64,000 bases of DNA from Octopus sinensis (taxonomy: Eukaryota): positions 123,814,001-123,878,000 of the forward strand of contig NC_042998.1 in NCBI RefSeq assembly GCF_006345805.1, written 5' to 3'. Below the pieces are notes generated by a model, which did no database searches, had not been told where the DNA came from, and was given only the letters and a program-made list of their open reading frames with translations. The translations under genes and the position numbers were made by a program. Positions 13,680-26,833 of the stretch are shown one piece after another (within the stretch, counting starts at the first letter, position 1; each line of letters begins with the position of its first letter).

Positions 13680-14031
13680 GCTGAAATTTAATGGCGGTGC
13701 CACCGCATGGCCACAGCTCGTGAGCTGAAAGTAGATGAAAAAGAAATTACTACACGCACGCGCGCGTACACAACACATACACATATGTTTGCTTATCGTT
13801 TTTTCGCCTTTACTTGGAATGGGCCACGGTTGGGCACTTCATTGAAGTGCTTAGTTAATCGACACCGCTAATTAATTTTTCAAAGCTTGTTACTTATTAT
13901 ATCGGTCTCTTTTCATGAACTGCTAAGTTGCAGTGATGTGAACAAAACAAGACCAGCTGTCAAGCGGTTGTCGATAAACACACAGGCATACACAGGGATA
14001 CATACATACAAACACACCCACACCCACATAG

Positions 14032-14066
<35 letters not shown>

Positions 14067-14194
14067 AACATGCATGCATGTATATACAGAAACACATGTA
14101 CACATATGTATAGTGTGTCTATATAGAGATAGACAGATGTGCACAAACACACACACATATATATTCTCCCGAGTAATTACATAAAACTCTGCAT

Positions 14195-14600
14195 ACTCTT
14201 TTTAATTCATTAATTGTTTCAGTCATTTGACTGCGGCCATGCTGGAGCAACACCTTTAGTCGAGCAAATCGACCCCGGGACTTATTCTTTGTAAGCCCAG
14301 TACTTATTCTATCGGTCTCTTTTGCCGAACCGCTAATTGACGGGGACGTAAACACACCAGCATCGGTTGTCAAGCAATGCTAGGGGGACAAACACACACA
14401 CAAACATATACACACACACTTATATATATATATATACATATATACGACAGGCTTCTTTCAGTTTCCGTCTACCAAATCCACTCATTGGTCAGCCCGCGGC
14501 TATAGCAGAAGACACTTGCCCAAGATGCCACGCAGTGGGACTGAACCCGGAACTATGTGGTTGGTTAGCAAGCTACTTACCACACAGCCACTCCTGCGCC
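14195..14600 (-). mobile_element. Full-length, well-conserved bipartite SINE
   Basis: Tail 14195-14400, internal microsatellite, head 14445-14600 (rc GGCGCAGGAGTGGCTGTGTGGTAAG..GGTTCAGTCCCACTGCG). Confidence 0.9.
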
Positions 14601-17600
14601 TATATGTTGAACTATCTTTTTTATCTATTCGTGGAAGTCATATTAGTATACCATATGCAGATTTTCATATATGTTCTCCAGAAGCCGAAGAACTTTGACA
14701 AATAATAAAAGAAAACATAAAGTTTTTGACAAGTGCTTTGCAGCAGAAATTAAGATGTCTCAATATGTTTATAAATATATATCTGAAAACGCATACTTAT
14801 CTAATAGCAGTGTATTAACTTACATAAACGTAACACTGAAAGCAAAACTATCTCTTTTTCATTTTAGTTTGTTTTTTGACATTTGAAAATTGATACGCTG
14901 TGATCTGTTGGAATGTTGTATAACATAAACAAAGACAATATTTTATATAAAGGAGAGAACTATTATATTAAGTATACACATTAATAAATATATCCATCCC
15001 TGGGATATTGTAAAAGTAAATGATGTACCATTGAATAAATGTAACAGAAACAAATAATGTATGAATGTCAAGAAATGTTCGTACAAATTCGAGAAAGTGA
15101 AGCCTGTCAACTAATCTAGGCATCAAGTATTTGTAAGACGACATACCGCACAAAAGACAGTGTTAAGAAATATAGGCAAAAAGTTTGCTTACCATCACAG
15201 GAAGAATTGTCTTCTATGGCTGCTCTTAGAAAGATATATTTAAGAAGGGAAATTCGAGCGTTATTCTATAGAAGAGTTGAAGAGTGAAATTGCATTTCAA
15301 TTACTAAAGAGCAGAATGTTTGACTGCTGGTGTACGTGTTCATCAGATAACTAAATTGCCATATCTTAGTAGGAGGTAGCTGTTAGAAGTGTAATGATAT
15401 ACAATGATATAGTGGCAAACGGCACGCGGATATTCTTCGAACTTCTATGAAAAATCACTCGTTTTATAAGATTGTCTTTGCCGAAATCTTAGCACAAACA
15501 ATAAGACAGAGGATAGCCAAAATGAATCAACAACTTGGCATTTAGTTTCAGAGCCATTCATTTTCATATGCCCTTTGTTGTTTATATATATTATATATGT
15601 TTACTGGATCTATCTATCTTTCTGTGTGTGTTGGTGTGTGTGTGTGTGTGTGTGTGCGCGCATATGTGTGAATTTTGGCCGGCCGTCGCTTAGATTAGAG
15701 TTTTGAACTCATAATCATAAGATTGTGGTTTCGATTCTTTCATCGGTCAATGAGTCGTGTTCATGAGCAAAATATTTAATTTCACGTTGGTCCAGACCAC
15801 TCGGCTGGTAAATGTCACATGTAGGGGAGATTAATATATACACCACAATCCGGAAAACCGAACTTTTAGGACTATGACCTTTGATGTGTTTAATATATAC
15901 ATACTTGTGTGTGTGTTTCTGTATGTGTATTTAAGTACGAATGTATATAAATACATACATTTATTTATTTGCACACACACATTTACATATATGCCTGCAC
16001 ACATGATAGGATTGTCTACGTTTCCACATTTCCTCTAAACGAAATGTTACCCACATGACATGGTGCCATCCGGTGCTAGACTAGAAGCCACTCTACCAAT
16101 GTGCACTGCAGTGAGATCGAATCCAGAAACACGTGACATTACACTTAAGACTTCGGCTAATAATTTCAGTATCATGGCCTTTAGTTTAAAAATCGCGCAA
16201 CTTCATTCGACTATCGTTACATACGTAGAAGCCACGTGTACGATAATTAAAATACGTTTTAAATTTCATTAGAATTATAAAGCATGTGCTGAATCCACTT
16301 AATGTTATCATGTCATGTGTTGCTTCTTTTCAAAAATGTGTTCATTTTCATTATGCGTTATTAATATTTCTTAGACAAAATGGAGAATATTCAGCATTAA
16401 CTATGCATAATTTATTCGTGTGCAGAGGAGTTGTATTTGTAATGGATATTTCTTGGTGCAAATTAGATCATTAATGAACAAAAGCAGCCCTGCTAAAAAT
16501 AATGTAACTAATTTGAGTCAATGTGGAATTTTTGCCAAGTGTGCTGATTATAGATTTCCATATCGTATTTTGTTTGAGTTACTGAATCGCTTATTAAATA
16601 TATTATATCACATTTGCGTGTATAATGTATTCGTGTGTAGTTCTGTGGTATATTTAAGAATAATGTGTATAGTATACTTCCAACTTTCATTTGATTGAAT
16701 AGTATACATCGGCAGCCCATTAAGTGCAACAATATTGATGAAAAACTACAAACTCTACTGTAGGTTTTCAACATTTTTCTTTCGATTGTAATATCAGAGG
16801 ATGATTAATATAGCCTAGCAGTATTTGTATTCAAATGATATCAGTTTCAACGTAGGATCAGTTGACTCTCTTTGGTTGTAAATAAAACAGTCCATTATTT
16901 CATAAACTTAAAATGCCACGTATGATTTTCTGTGCATGACTCTTTTCTATTTGATTTGGCATTCCAGATCATCAGTAACATATAAAGATATGTACATCTA
17001 TTTCTATTCATAAGATAGCTGAAATGTAATAAGAATATTCGAATATTGTCGCTACAGTGACCAATTAAAATTGCGATGCTGGTGGTTATAGATAAGTTAT
17101 TTCTATAAGTTTACATCAAGAATTATTATCCTTTAGGATAATAAGAATTTAACTGGTCAAAACCAAAGTTTTCCATAGAAGTACGAAACGAACTGTCCAA
17201 ATAATGATATATAAAACGTTGGTTGTGTTATTGTATGAGACGGACTCGTTTCTCTTTAATCAGTTTAAGTATAATCATCTTAGTTAAGAACACTCGCTTT
17301 TCAGGTAACGTTGATTGTGTTTGAAGATATCTTTAGACAGATACAACTATTTAAACTTGAACAGACAAACAGGGAAAGCAGAACGACGAAGAAGCAGGAG
17401 ACTGTTGTCCAATTTGTAAGAAGTAAAAGCGATAGATTTTCAAGGCTTATGAAGGAAAATGTCACCGAATAAAAGAAATACTGTTATCAAATTAGGATTT
17501 CCATTTGGAAAATACTATTGTGATAAATACGTCAATAATGTATTTATAAATCTATAGATGGTTGCAGCAGGAGGCAGAAAGTCTAGACTTTAATACAACA

Positions 17601-18559
17601 TACATTACATTTCTTTTCATTTTATATTGTTAGAGACATTTAACAAAGTTATGTAAATACTTTTGGCGTTAGAATTTAGAATGAATATTATGTTATTTAC
17701 AGTACCACAATACGAACGTAAAAGTTTCTCGGTATATTATTTGTTTTATTTAAGTTGTGATAATTTCGAAATATATACAGTAAGTTTGCCACATACTATT
17801 AAGTATTTAATCATTCGCAGTCTCACGGCATCCCGAATGACGTGGAATTATGAGATAGATGATGTGTAACGTGCCTGGAACAGTAATTATAACGTGAACA
17901 ATAATTACAACACGTAATCATACTCATTAGTTTTACGATTACCCAAGAAAGAAGATACCTCTTTCCAAACAAACACAACAATCATACAGATACGAAGACA
18001 AGATTCACACATATCCTCGCACAAAAGCAGAAACACACACGCGCGCGCACAAACACACAAACACGTGCGCACGCAAGTACGCGCTCGCATACTCATACTC
18101 TGACACATACAGACACACACACACAAACACACAAACACATATATAAACACATCGATGTACTGATTAATGCTTAATACTATAAACCGCAGTAGCATCCAGT
18201 GTAAATTGGTATTATTTTTTAATCATTGTCTGAAGAATTTGTTAGGAGATTCTATACATTTTTTCTACAAGAGTAAATTATAACGCCTCTCTTGGAAAAA
18301 TAGCTTATGTTGGAACATAACGGGGTAGAGTAGCGAGTGCCTTCGTTTGCTGTGCAATATTCTAAAACAAGAATAGCAAAAATCAAAACTTTGTATTTGC
18401 GTTATTGTCATTCTCTTTTCAAATATTGTCTTATTTCCACAGACAATTTATATCAAATCTCACCTTTTAAATTATAACATTTAATTACAAAGAAACAGAA
18501 GAAAAGCAACGTTGAAAAGGAAATGAAAAAACTGTACGTAAAGCAGCTGAATATGGAGG

Positions 18560-19520
18560 GCTATGGAAAGATGGGCCACACATCCCAGAACAAATGACGA
18601 ACCCATCCATGTTCCACGTCGCAGAATAGCTGCAGCAATCTCTCTTCCTCGTAGGGATCACTCCTCAGACAGGTCGCTGCTATACCGGTTTTGCGAAAGA
18701 AATCGATAGTATGGGGCCCGAGAAAACCTACCATCTCGACGGCAACCAGCTGAGACTGGTAGCAGTCAGATTATTCTCTCCGCATTACGTGTATCCACAC
18801 CTCGAACTGCAGCCAATACAGCAAGTTTGGAGCCGGAGAGTGTGTCGCTGTCCGTCGTGTTCCTAACTAGGAATATATCTCCCTCAAATGGGAAGAGTGA
18901 CGCTCACCTTCTCTGTGGTCGAGTCCTACTGGCTCCATTTGAGACAGTAAGCCAACAGCGTCGAGGTTCCTTCTAATTATGTCCTTCAGAGACACGTGTA
19001 GGGGAATGCAGGCCGAATTCACCTACTGCCGCTCGACAACAACATTTGTGCACCTCATGCATGCGGAGACCGAGACGTTGATCCACTCAAATACGAGTGA
19101 CCTCATCATATAAAAAGGTAACGGTTGATGGGGAGGGCACGTCTGGACCTCTAAGGCGGTCTGTGAAAGTGTGTGATGATGCAGTGCATAGCGAGAAAAA
19201 GAGATTAGAGTGAGCAAAACAATCCCTCACGGGAAAGAGCGCCGGTGCGCGCCATTGAAGCGCAATCCCTTTGTCATCCTGAACAAGTCCGCAAGTTTTC
19301 GAGAGAACTGGGGAGCCGAGAACGCAAACTGCATCCCTTGGTGTCAGTCGGGCCCCTGCCAAAACAGATTGTATACTGAGTACAGCGTCCAGAATTGGGC
19401 CTCATCACAACTCATATTTATTACCTCCCGTTTTGATCTCAATCCCGAGAAGCTTTAGGACACGGATAATCTGTTGAAGGTCACTTTGCAGCCGACCCAC
19501 CCAGGGTCGTGTCAGCCTAT
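18560..19520 (-). mobile_element. Decayed Tx1/L1-like LINE ORF2 fragment (post-RT region)
   Basis: GC-richer block. Minus-strand frames such as KLADLFRMTKG.. and ..QTCPPHQ line up, with frameshifts and stops, with the Tx1-like region I recall as LGVWFGPD..W..R.LSL.GR..VPCP. Confidence 0.5.
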
Positions 19521-19720
19521 CTTTTCAGAAACACGTGCGTCTCATTACAAAATGTAAATACTCTGCAAACAGGAATTCACCAGAAAAGTAGACTAGTTTG
19601 TATAACTCCTTCAAAAGGAAGCATTCGTACATTTGAGTCATGAGGATACATCTTGGATTATAATCCCTTCGATGCATACGTACGCATACACACACAAACA
19701 CACACAAAACAAACAATGTA

Positions 19721-19773
<53 letters not shown>

Positions 19774-20053
19774 GCGTGTGTATATATATGTATTTGTATA
19801 TATGTTTGTATACATATATATATATATATATAATATATATATATATAAAACTGAAACCAAACTATTAGAACACATTTTCTTTGTCTCTTGAATTCTTGTT
19901 GATGTTTTGGGAGGGGGGGCGCTTATTTTCAATATGCTACCTTCTTTCTCTAGTAATTTCAAGGCAGCAGCTTTATTAATCATATATGAGTAAACGTATA
20001 TTAATTCTTATTCTTCATCCGATTTTCCTTTATTTGTAGGAAAATTATTTCTA

Positions 20054-21257
20054 TTAGGTCGTCAAGTATGAAATTTGTAGAAAAGAAAAAATTTGCTAAT
20101 GTTTTATAAATACAAGGAATAGCTTTATTCATCAAATTATGTCCCCATATTTTCAATACGCTTTTGCCATTTTAGCAGTAGCTTGTGCAGCCCGGAACTG
20201 AAAATCCTGGCAATCTAGAGTCAATAAAATCTTGGCCGGCCTCTTTTACAGCCTTAGCGGAATTAAATTTTTTCCTATCAAAAAGTTATGCAAATTATGG
20301 AAGGCGTGTTAGTCAGTGGGGACAAGATCAGGTGAGTATGGTAGATGATGGAGAACTTCCGACTCCAACTCCTGTAGTTTCGCCATTGTCATGTTTGCGA
20401 TGCGTGGTCTGGCATGGCTTTGCAATAAGATAGGAGTGGGTCTGTTGACTACTCTGGGTTGATTTTTGTAAGTTCCTGCATTATTTGGTCCAGCTGGCTG
20501 CAGTATACTTCAAACGTGATTGATGAATCAGCTTTAATGAAATCATAATGGATCACACCTGCACCAGACTATCAAGCACACAGTTTCTTTTGATGAATTT
20601 TGCTTTACGGACTGTGTTTTCGTGGCTCATATTTGTCCAACCATTGTGCTGAACGTTAACAGTTGTTGCGTTGGATCGATTTCTCATCACATATTACAAT
20701 TCGATCCAAAAATGATTAATTTTGTGACGAGAAAGTAGTATAATGCAGCCTTCCAAATATTGCTGTTTCTGATTTTCATTGAGCTCATGTGGAACCCACT
20801 TATCCATCTTTTACACTTTACCGATTTGAACTAGTGAAGTCAATATCGTTTGCCTACTAACACCAAATAACAGCGATAATTCACCTTGAAATGGTTCTGT
20901 CTCGACGATGGCTTTCTGTTCGTTATCCACCTTTGTTTCTATTCATTTGTGAAGTAAAAATTACAAGAATGAAATTTTGCAAATTCTGCTGTGTAATAAC
21001 ATTAGAATGAAATACTCCATTAATATTCCGAGCTGTCTGTGATGCTGTATTTCCAAGAAGGGAAATCCATCTTTAAACAAAAATAGCAAACAACAATTTA
21101 TAAATACTTTATAAAGCGCACAATGTGGTAGAATAAAAAATAGACGTATTAGGTTTCTAACAAAAAAAATATTGTCCAAATAAAATAATGGCGCAAAGTG
21201 AGCAGCTTTCACAGTTTACCATATACCTTACTACAAATTTCATACCTGACGACCTGA
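20054..21257 (-). mobile_element. Near-full-length defective mariner (1204 bp) with TIRs and TA target duplication
   Basis: TA|TTAGGTCGTCAAGTATGAAATTTGTAG ... CTACAAATTTCATACCTGACGACCTGA|TA (27-bp TIR, 2 mismatches). Minus-strand HARPRIANMTMAKLQELESEVLHHLPYSPDLVPTD. Confidence 0.88.
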
Positions 21258-21524
21258 TAATTCATTATTAGCTTCTCTGATAAGGGCACTACTTTTACCT
21301 TGAACAATATTCCGATAGATTGTGCATTCTTGAATTCTGATAAATGATATTTTTTTCAAATCTTTCTAAAACAATTATTTTGATCTAACGACTGCATACA
21401 TGTTGCAACATCTTGTTTTATTTACTGCTGCTGTGCTGTAGTTTACTGACTATCGCGTGTGTTACGTTCCAAAACCTCCAAGACAAATAATTAAAATCTA
21501 AAAATTATAAATGCGTATTGGCTG

Positions 21525-21672
21525 CAGAAACCCGGATACACTGTAGAACCTGCGATATAAATTTATATATATTAGCCAGAAAAATCTGCGATGTACTGAG
21601 TGCGCGATAGATGAACCGCGATGTACTGAATGTGCCGTAGGTGAACTGTAATGTAGCGAGTGATTATTACTG
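21525..21672 (-). mobile_element. Terminal fragment of a pogo/Tigger-like element
   Basis: rc CAGTAATAATCACTCGCTACA.. with repeated TACATCGC(G/A)G sub-terminal motifs, ending at CTG|TA. Confidence 0.55.
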
Positions 21673-22988
21673 TATCTAGAAAACCATTACCCAATATAGA
21701 ATTCCTTTACTTTTAAGGAAGTATGTTGTGAGTGCACTAGCATGACTTAGACAATGGTATGTTATCATTAGCAGAAGCATTTTTATTATGGTTTATAACC
21801 GTTTTTGTATCGGCATTTCTTATAGAATTCCAGTATGCTATTATGCACACTAATACGAGAGAATCCAAAAGACACCTATTGACACCTGAATAAGTATCAT
21901 ACAATATTCATTGAAACTAAATTTGTTTATGTTGCTTTCTCAATGTGTATTTAAGTTGAGAAAGGAAATTCTTGAATATATTTCAAATCGCAAAAAAATT
22001 AAACATTTCTTCATTTGATTTATTTGGGAAAAATATATACTTTCATATGTGCTTGTAGCGTGCATATGTGTATATATCTTTATGTGTATGCAAATGCTTT
22101 TGTGCCTGTCAATATACATGTGTATGCATTGAGATACGGAATGGTGTGTTTCCATAATTTTCTAGTTGTTTTATGGTTTTCTCCTACGTTACTACGTGTT
22201 TTATGCTTCCAAGTTATTGAAGCATTTTTTGTATGCATGTATAATCATTTTTAAATGTGTACAAATTTCTATTCAAAATTTCCCATTTACATATAAGAAA
22301 TTTTGCATATACATTTTTCAGGGAATTGGGAAGACTTAAGCATATCAATCAACGTGTGTTGCATGCGTGCATTTGTATGAATATAAAAAGATGAAGTTCT
22401 GCTCGTGTCGATATGAAGTTCGTTTTGAAACAATGTGAAAAGTACGTTTATGTGTGTGCATGCAGATATGCATGCATGTGGGTAGGTGTACCAAGAAAAA
22501 ATTCAAGAGAATTCGGTCTACGTTCTGATTTGGTTTGTGCCTCAGTGTGAAAATATATATTGATAATTAGTAGAATATTCCAATTTGAATATTCATAATG
22601 ATATTATTATTGCTAATATTATCTACGGTAACTGTAAGTAATCGATAATACCAGCAACAATAATATAAGTGATTAACAGGTATTAAATAGCATTAAATAG
22701 TTATAATATTTAAAATTAGCGTTAAGCATAAGAGCGTTCACACGCCATACCCAGTAGAAATAGGAGTTACAACACCAACTAAACCACTGAAAATACGATA
22801 GAAATCGAACGTAAGCATGCGAACGGTTAAAGAATTCGAAACATACCTATGTAGATAATGTTATTCGGAAACCTAGGTACACGAATATCTTATATTATTG
22901 TTGGTGGTATGATCGATAACTTACATTACAGTATACACACAGGAACATACGCACACACACACACACCACACACACACACACACTCATG

Positions 22989-23026
<38 letters not shown>

Positions 23027-23067
23027 ATATATAATATATATATATATGTATATATATATATATGTAT

Positions 23068-23156
<89 letters not shown>

Positions 23157-23176
23157 TATATATATATACATATACA

Positions 23177-23228
23177 GCCTTGTGAATGGACTTGGTAGAC
23201 AGAAACTGATGGAAAACTGTCGTGTATG

Positions 23229-23288
<60 letters not shown>

Positions 23289-23560
23289 CATATACATACA
23301 TACATACATATGTGTATGTGTCTCTGTGTGTGTAGGTATATATATTTGTGTGCGTCTGTGCCTTCCTGTCTGCGGTTGTCCCTACTACCACTTGACCACC
23401 GTTATCGGTGAATTTACTTCTCCGTAACTTACCAGTTTGTCAAAAGAGACTGGTTTAAGTACCTGGCTTAAAGGAAAATTAAGGACTGGGATCGATTCGT
23501 TCAACTAAAATTAATTGAGGCTGTGCCTCGACGTGTCCACACTCTAACGAATGAAATATA
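23177..23560 (+). mobile_element. 5'-truncated bipartite SINE after a long (TA)n (22987-23170)
   Basis: GCCTTGTGAATGGACTTGGTAGACAGAAACTG head remnant, internal microsatellite, tail. Confidence 0.75.
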
Positions 23561-24064
23561 TAAATTAGACTGATTCAGAATGTTTCTACAGGACGATTAG
23601 ATAAGGGTTGCAAGTGTGTATGTGTTTCACGACCCATTATTCCATGATTCAATGAGGTGATGAGACATTGATCTACTCACCATTGTCACCGACGGAAAGC
23701 TTGTTTTCATGATTTCTACGTATGTCAGTATCCACGTATTTGTTATTATATAAGAATAAATGTAATTTTATAAAGAAAATAAAACATTTTTAATGATTAT
23801 ATTAATCTAAACCCAACTGTCCTATTTTCCCTACATATGTGAATTTACAGTCTATTAAAGGCAATATGTACATTCCATCAGTACCTCTTCCTTTAATACA
23901 TTCTCACTCTCTCATTTTCCGTTCTGCCTTGGTTTGAATTAATTTGCTTATTTGTATAGTATTAATTTATCGCTTTATATGCTACTGAATTTATCGCTCA
24001 ATATATTAATTTATCACTCTATGTCTTTTGCTGTCGTAAATATTTGCTTAAAAATAATTTATTA

Positions 24065-24245
24065 GGTAGGCACAAGGCTATGAATTAGGAGAAAGAAGAG
24101 TCAGTTATAACCGACCGGTGCATATTTTATCGATCATGGACGCATAAAAGGAAAATTTAGCCACCAAGAGATTTGAACACAAAAGTATTAAGCCGGAACA
24201 AATGCTACAACGCATGTTGCCCATAATGCTGACGTTTGTATGAAG
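24065..24245 (-). mobile_element. Diverged OR-like SINE fragment
   Basis: Weak similarity to 53148-53325. Confidence 0.45.
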
Positions 24246-24304
24246 CCATCACGCTACCTACATGAATTATTAAAATGGAATAAGATAGATTTTAATATAT
24301 CGGA

Positions 24305-24460
24305 GCAGGTGTGGCTGTATGGAAAGAAACTTGCTTCCCAACTCCATGTTTACAGGTTCAGTTTTACTACGTGACACCTTGCGTATGTGTCTTCTACCAT
24401 AGCCTTGTAAGTAAACTTCAAAGACGGAAACTGAAAGAAACCCATCGTGTATATGTATAT
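24305..24460 (+). mobile_element. Bipartite SINE head
   Basis: GGAGCAGGTGTGGCTGTATGG..GGTTCAG..GACGGAAACTGAAAGAAACCCATCGTG. Confidence 0.75.
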
Positions 24461-24479
24461 ATACATCTTTTACCTGCTT

Positions 24480-24688
24480 CAGTTATTAGACTACGGCTAT
24501 ACTGGGGCACTGCCTTGAATTTTTTAGTCGAATGAATCAACCACAGTACTTATATTTTTAAGCCTGGTACTTATTCTATCGGTCCCTTTTCTCGAACCAC
24601 TAAGTTACGTGGACATAATCGCACAAACATCGGTTATCAACTGGTGGTGGGAGGACACAGACACTCACACACACACACACACTCCCCC

Positions 24689-24760
<72 letters not shown>

Positions 24761-24860
24761 GACGGGCTTCATTCACTTTCTGCCTAGCTAATACTCTCAC
24801 ATGTATTTGATCGGCCGAAGGTTATAGTAGAATACACTTAGCTAAGGTGCCATACAGCGG
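24480..24860 (-). mobile_element. Bipartite SINE with internal (TA)n
   Basis: Tail 24480-24665, head remnant 24760-24860. Confidence 0.8.
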
Positions 24861-24877
24861 AATCTTGCGCAGAAATC

Positions 24878-24939
<62 letters not shown>

Positions 24940-25099
24940 CGTGTGTGTGTGTGTATGTGTATGTATGTATTTATGTGTGTGTGTGTCTTTGTGTGGGTGT
25001 ATATGTGTGTATGACTGTGTATGTATGTACGTATGCATATATAAGTGTGTGTGTGTATATATATATACACACATACATATATATGTATATGTATCTTTG

Positions 25100-25265
25100 T
25101 GTGTCTGTGTGTGTGAGTGTATGCGCTTGTCCACCAGCACCATCTGACAACTGGTGTTGGTTTGATTACATCCCCGCAAGTTAGGAGTTTGGCAAAAAGA
25201 AACCGATATTGTAAGTACGATGTTTTAGAAAAATAAGTACTGGTGTCCGTTCGACTAAAAAGTTC
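25100..25265 (+). mobile_element. Bipartite SINE tail
   Basis: CTTGTCCACCAGCACCATCTGACAACTGGTGTTGG..GGCAAAAAGAAACCGATA. Confidence 0.7.
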
Positions 25266-25283
25266 CTCACTAATAACTGTTTA

Positions 25284-25792
25284 TCTATATATATATATAT
25301 ATATGTAGTTGTGTGAGTGCCTGTCCCCTTCGATTTATATTTCTAACTACTCCCACATTTTGCGGTGCAGTTTAACCAAATTCGGGTATCTTATAGTCGT
25401 GATTCATATCGAGCCCGTCTGAGTATTAGCGTGCGTCTACGATGAGTCCACGATTTTAAAAATAATTTAACATCATTTTTTATTCCATTTTAATGCATAA
25501 TTTTTCGTGTGTCGATGGCGGCGGAGTTGGCGTCCATGCTGACACCTGCACCTGTTTGCTTCTCCCCCTTCTTCCCTCCCTCGTGAAGCTGTGGGAAAGG
25601 GAGTGTAAGGAAATCAACGTCATAAAGCGTTGTCAAGGAGACCAGCGTTCTTTTAGAACAACAACTTCATGGCTTGAAGACAGAAATGGCTAAGAAAGCC
25701 CGAATTGGCATCTATAAGGGAAGTAACTCTCTAAAAATGCGTATATAGTTATTTCCCTTACAAACCCGAGCAACGCCGGGCGATACTGCTAG
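25284..25792 (+). mobile_element. Non-autonomous Helitron (509 bp)
   Basis: 5' A|TCTATATA.., 3' hairpin CCCGAGCAACGCCGGG (25765-25780) 8 nt before CTAG|T. Inserted between A and T with no TSD. Confidence 0.8.
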
Positions 25793-26559
25793 TATAAAAT
25801 ATTGGTATTCTGTATAAAGTATCGGTATTCTTAAATAATAGAAACAAAATCAGATCTCTTTACCTATCATTACTCACCATATACATTTCAATATCAATTA
25901 TAAAATCTATCACCAGAATTTTGTGAATTTTGTAAGATAAGCATGTTAACATCCAGAACAGATATCCTGAAATGTTTTGTTTTTTTTAATTTTATCTCGA
26001 ATTATTTTTCTTTCTCTTACAGTGTCTTATAAAACGCTGGAACGCGGTGTTATATCTTGATTTGAATGTTAATAATTTTCTCCTTTTTTATCCATGATTT
26101 GAATCACAAACCATTTTCTTCATTTTTGTAATACACGTATACATACATACATGTATACATACATGAATACGTACATATTTATGTATGTATGAATGTGTGT
26201 GTATGTGTGTATCCTTTTCTCCAATTCCCTTTTTCTCCCCTTCACTCTTTTTTATCTGCCTCCCTCTCCCTCTTTCTCTGTTTCTCTCTCTCTCTCTCTC
26301 TCCTCTCTCGTTGTTCGCATGTGACCATCGTCCATCTTTCTTTTCCTCGCGGGATCATCTTTGTTTTCCTTCAGGACTGTCCTAAAGACTGGACGTATTC
26401 TATCCCTCTCTTCTATCTTTTCTCTTTTTAAAGAAAATATTTCTCCAGCATTCGCTATTTTACTCTCGCTCTGGTCCAACGACCTCACTGTTTATTTTCG
26501 TTCGGTTTCCTTGTATGTTTCTACTGTCCTGTTTTTGTTCTCAACCCTGACGTTCCATA

Positions 26560-26797
26560 AATCCAAAATTTTACTTTGGTAATTATGGGAGCAGGTATAT
26601 TCGAAGACTCATATTGTCGTTCAATTCAGGAAATGAGGAGTAGACAGCCGAAAACTGATGAAGGATCGTTCTTTATTATACTTGTCCTGTTTTCCATCTG
26701 TCGCTCTCGTTGTTTGTGTATTCAATTAACTTGTTTCCGTATTTTCTGTTGTTTACTGTTGGTGACGTCCTGTACCTATATGTGCATATATATATAT

Positions 26798-26833
<36 letters not shown>

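Noticed and set aside
16500-16780. Possible very old PLE RT relic on the minus strand
   Set aside because: Only a vague resemblance to the QxxGxxMG motif; not supportable
22783-22815. CTGAAAATACGATAGAAATCGAACGTA hammerhead-like string
   Set aside because: Core positions G8 and GAAA are altered and there is no stem I
26650-26720. CTGATGAAGG in a PLE-like fragment
   Set aside because: No downstream GAAA or stem III, so not a hammerhead
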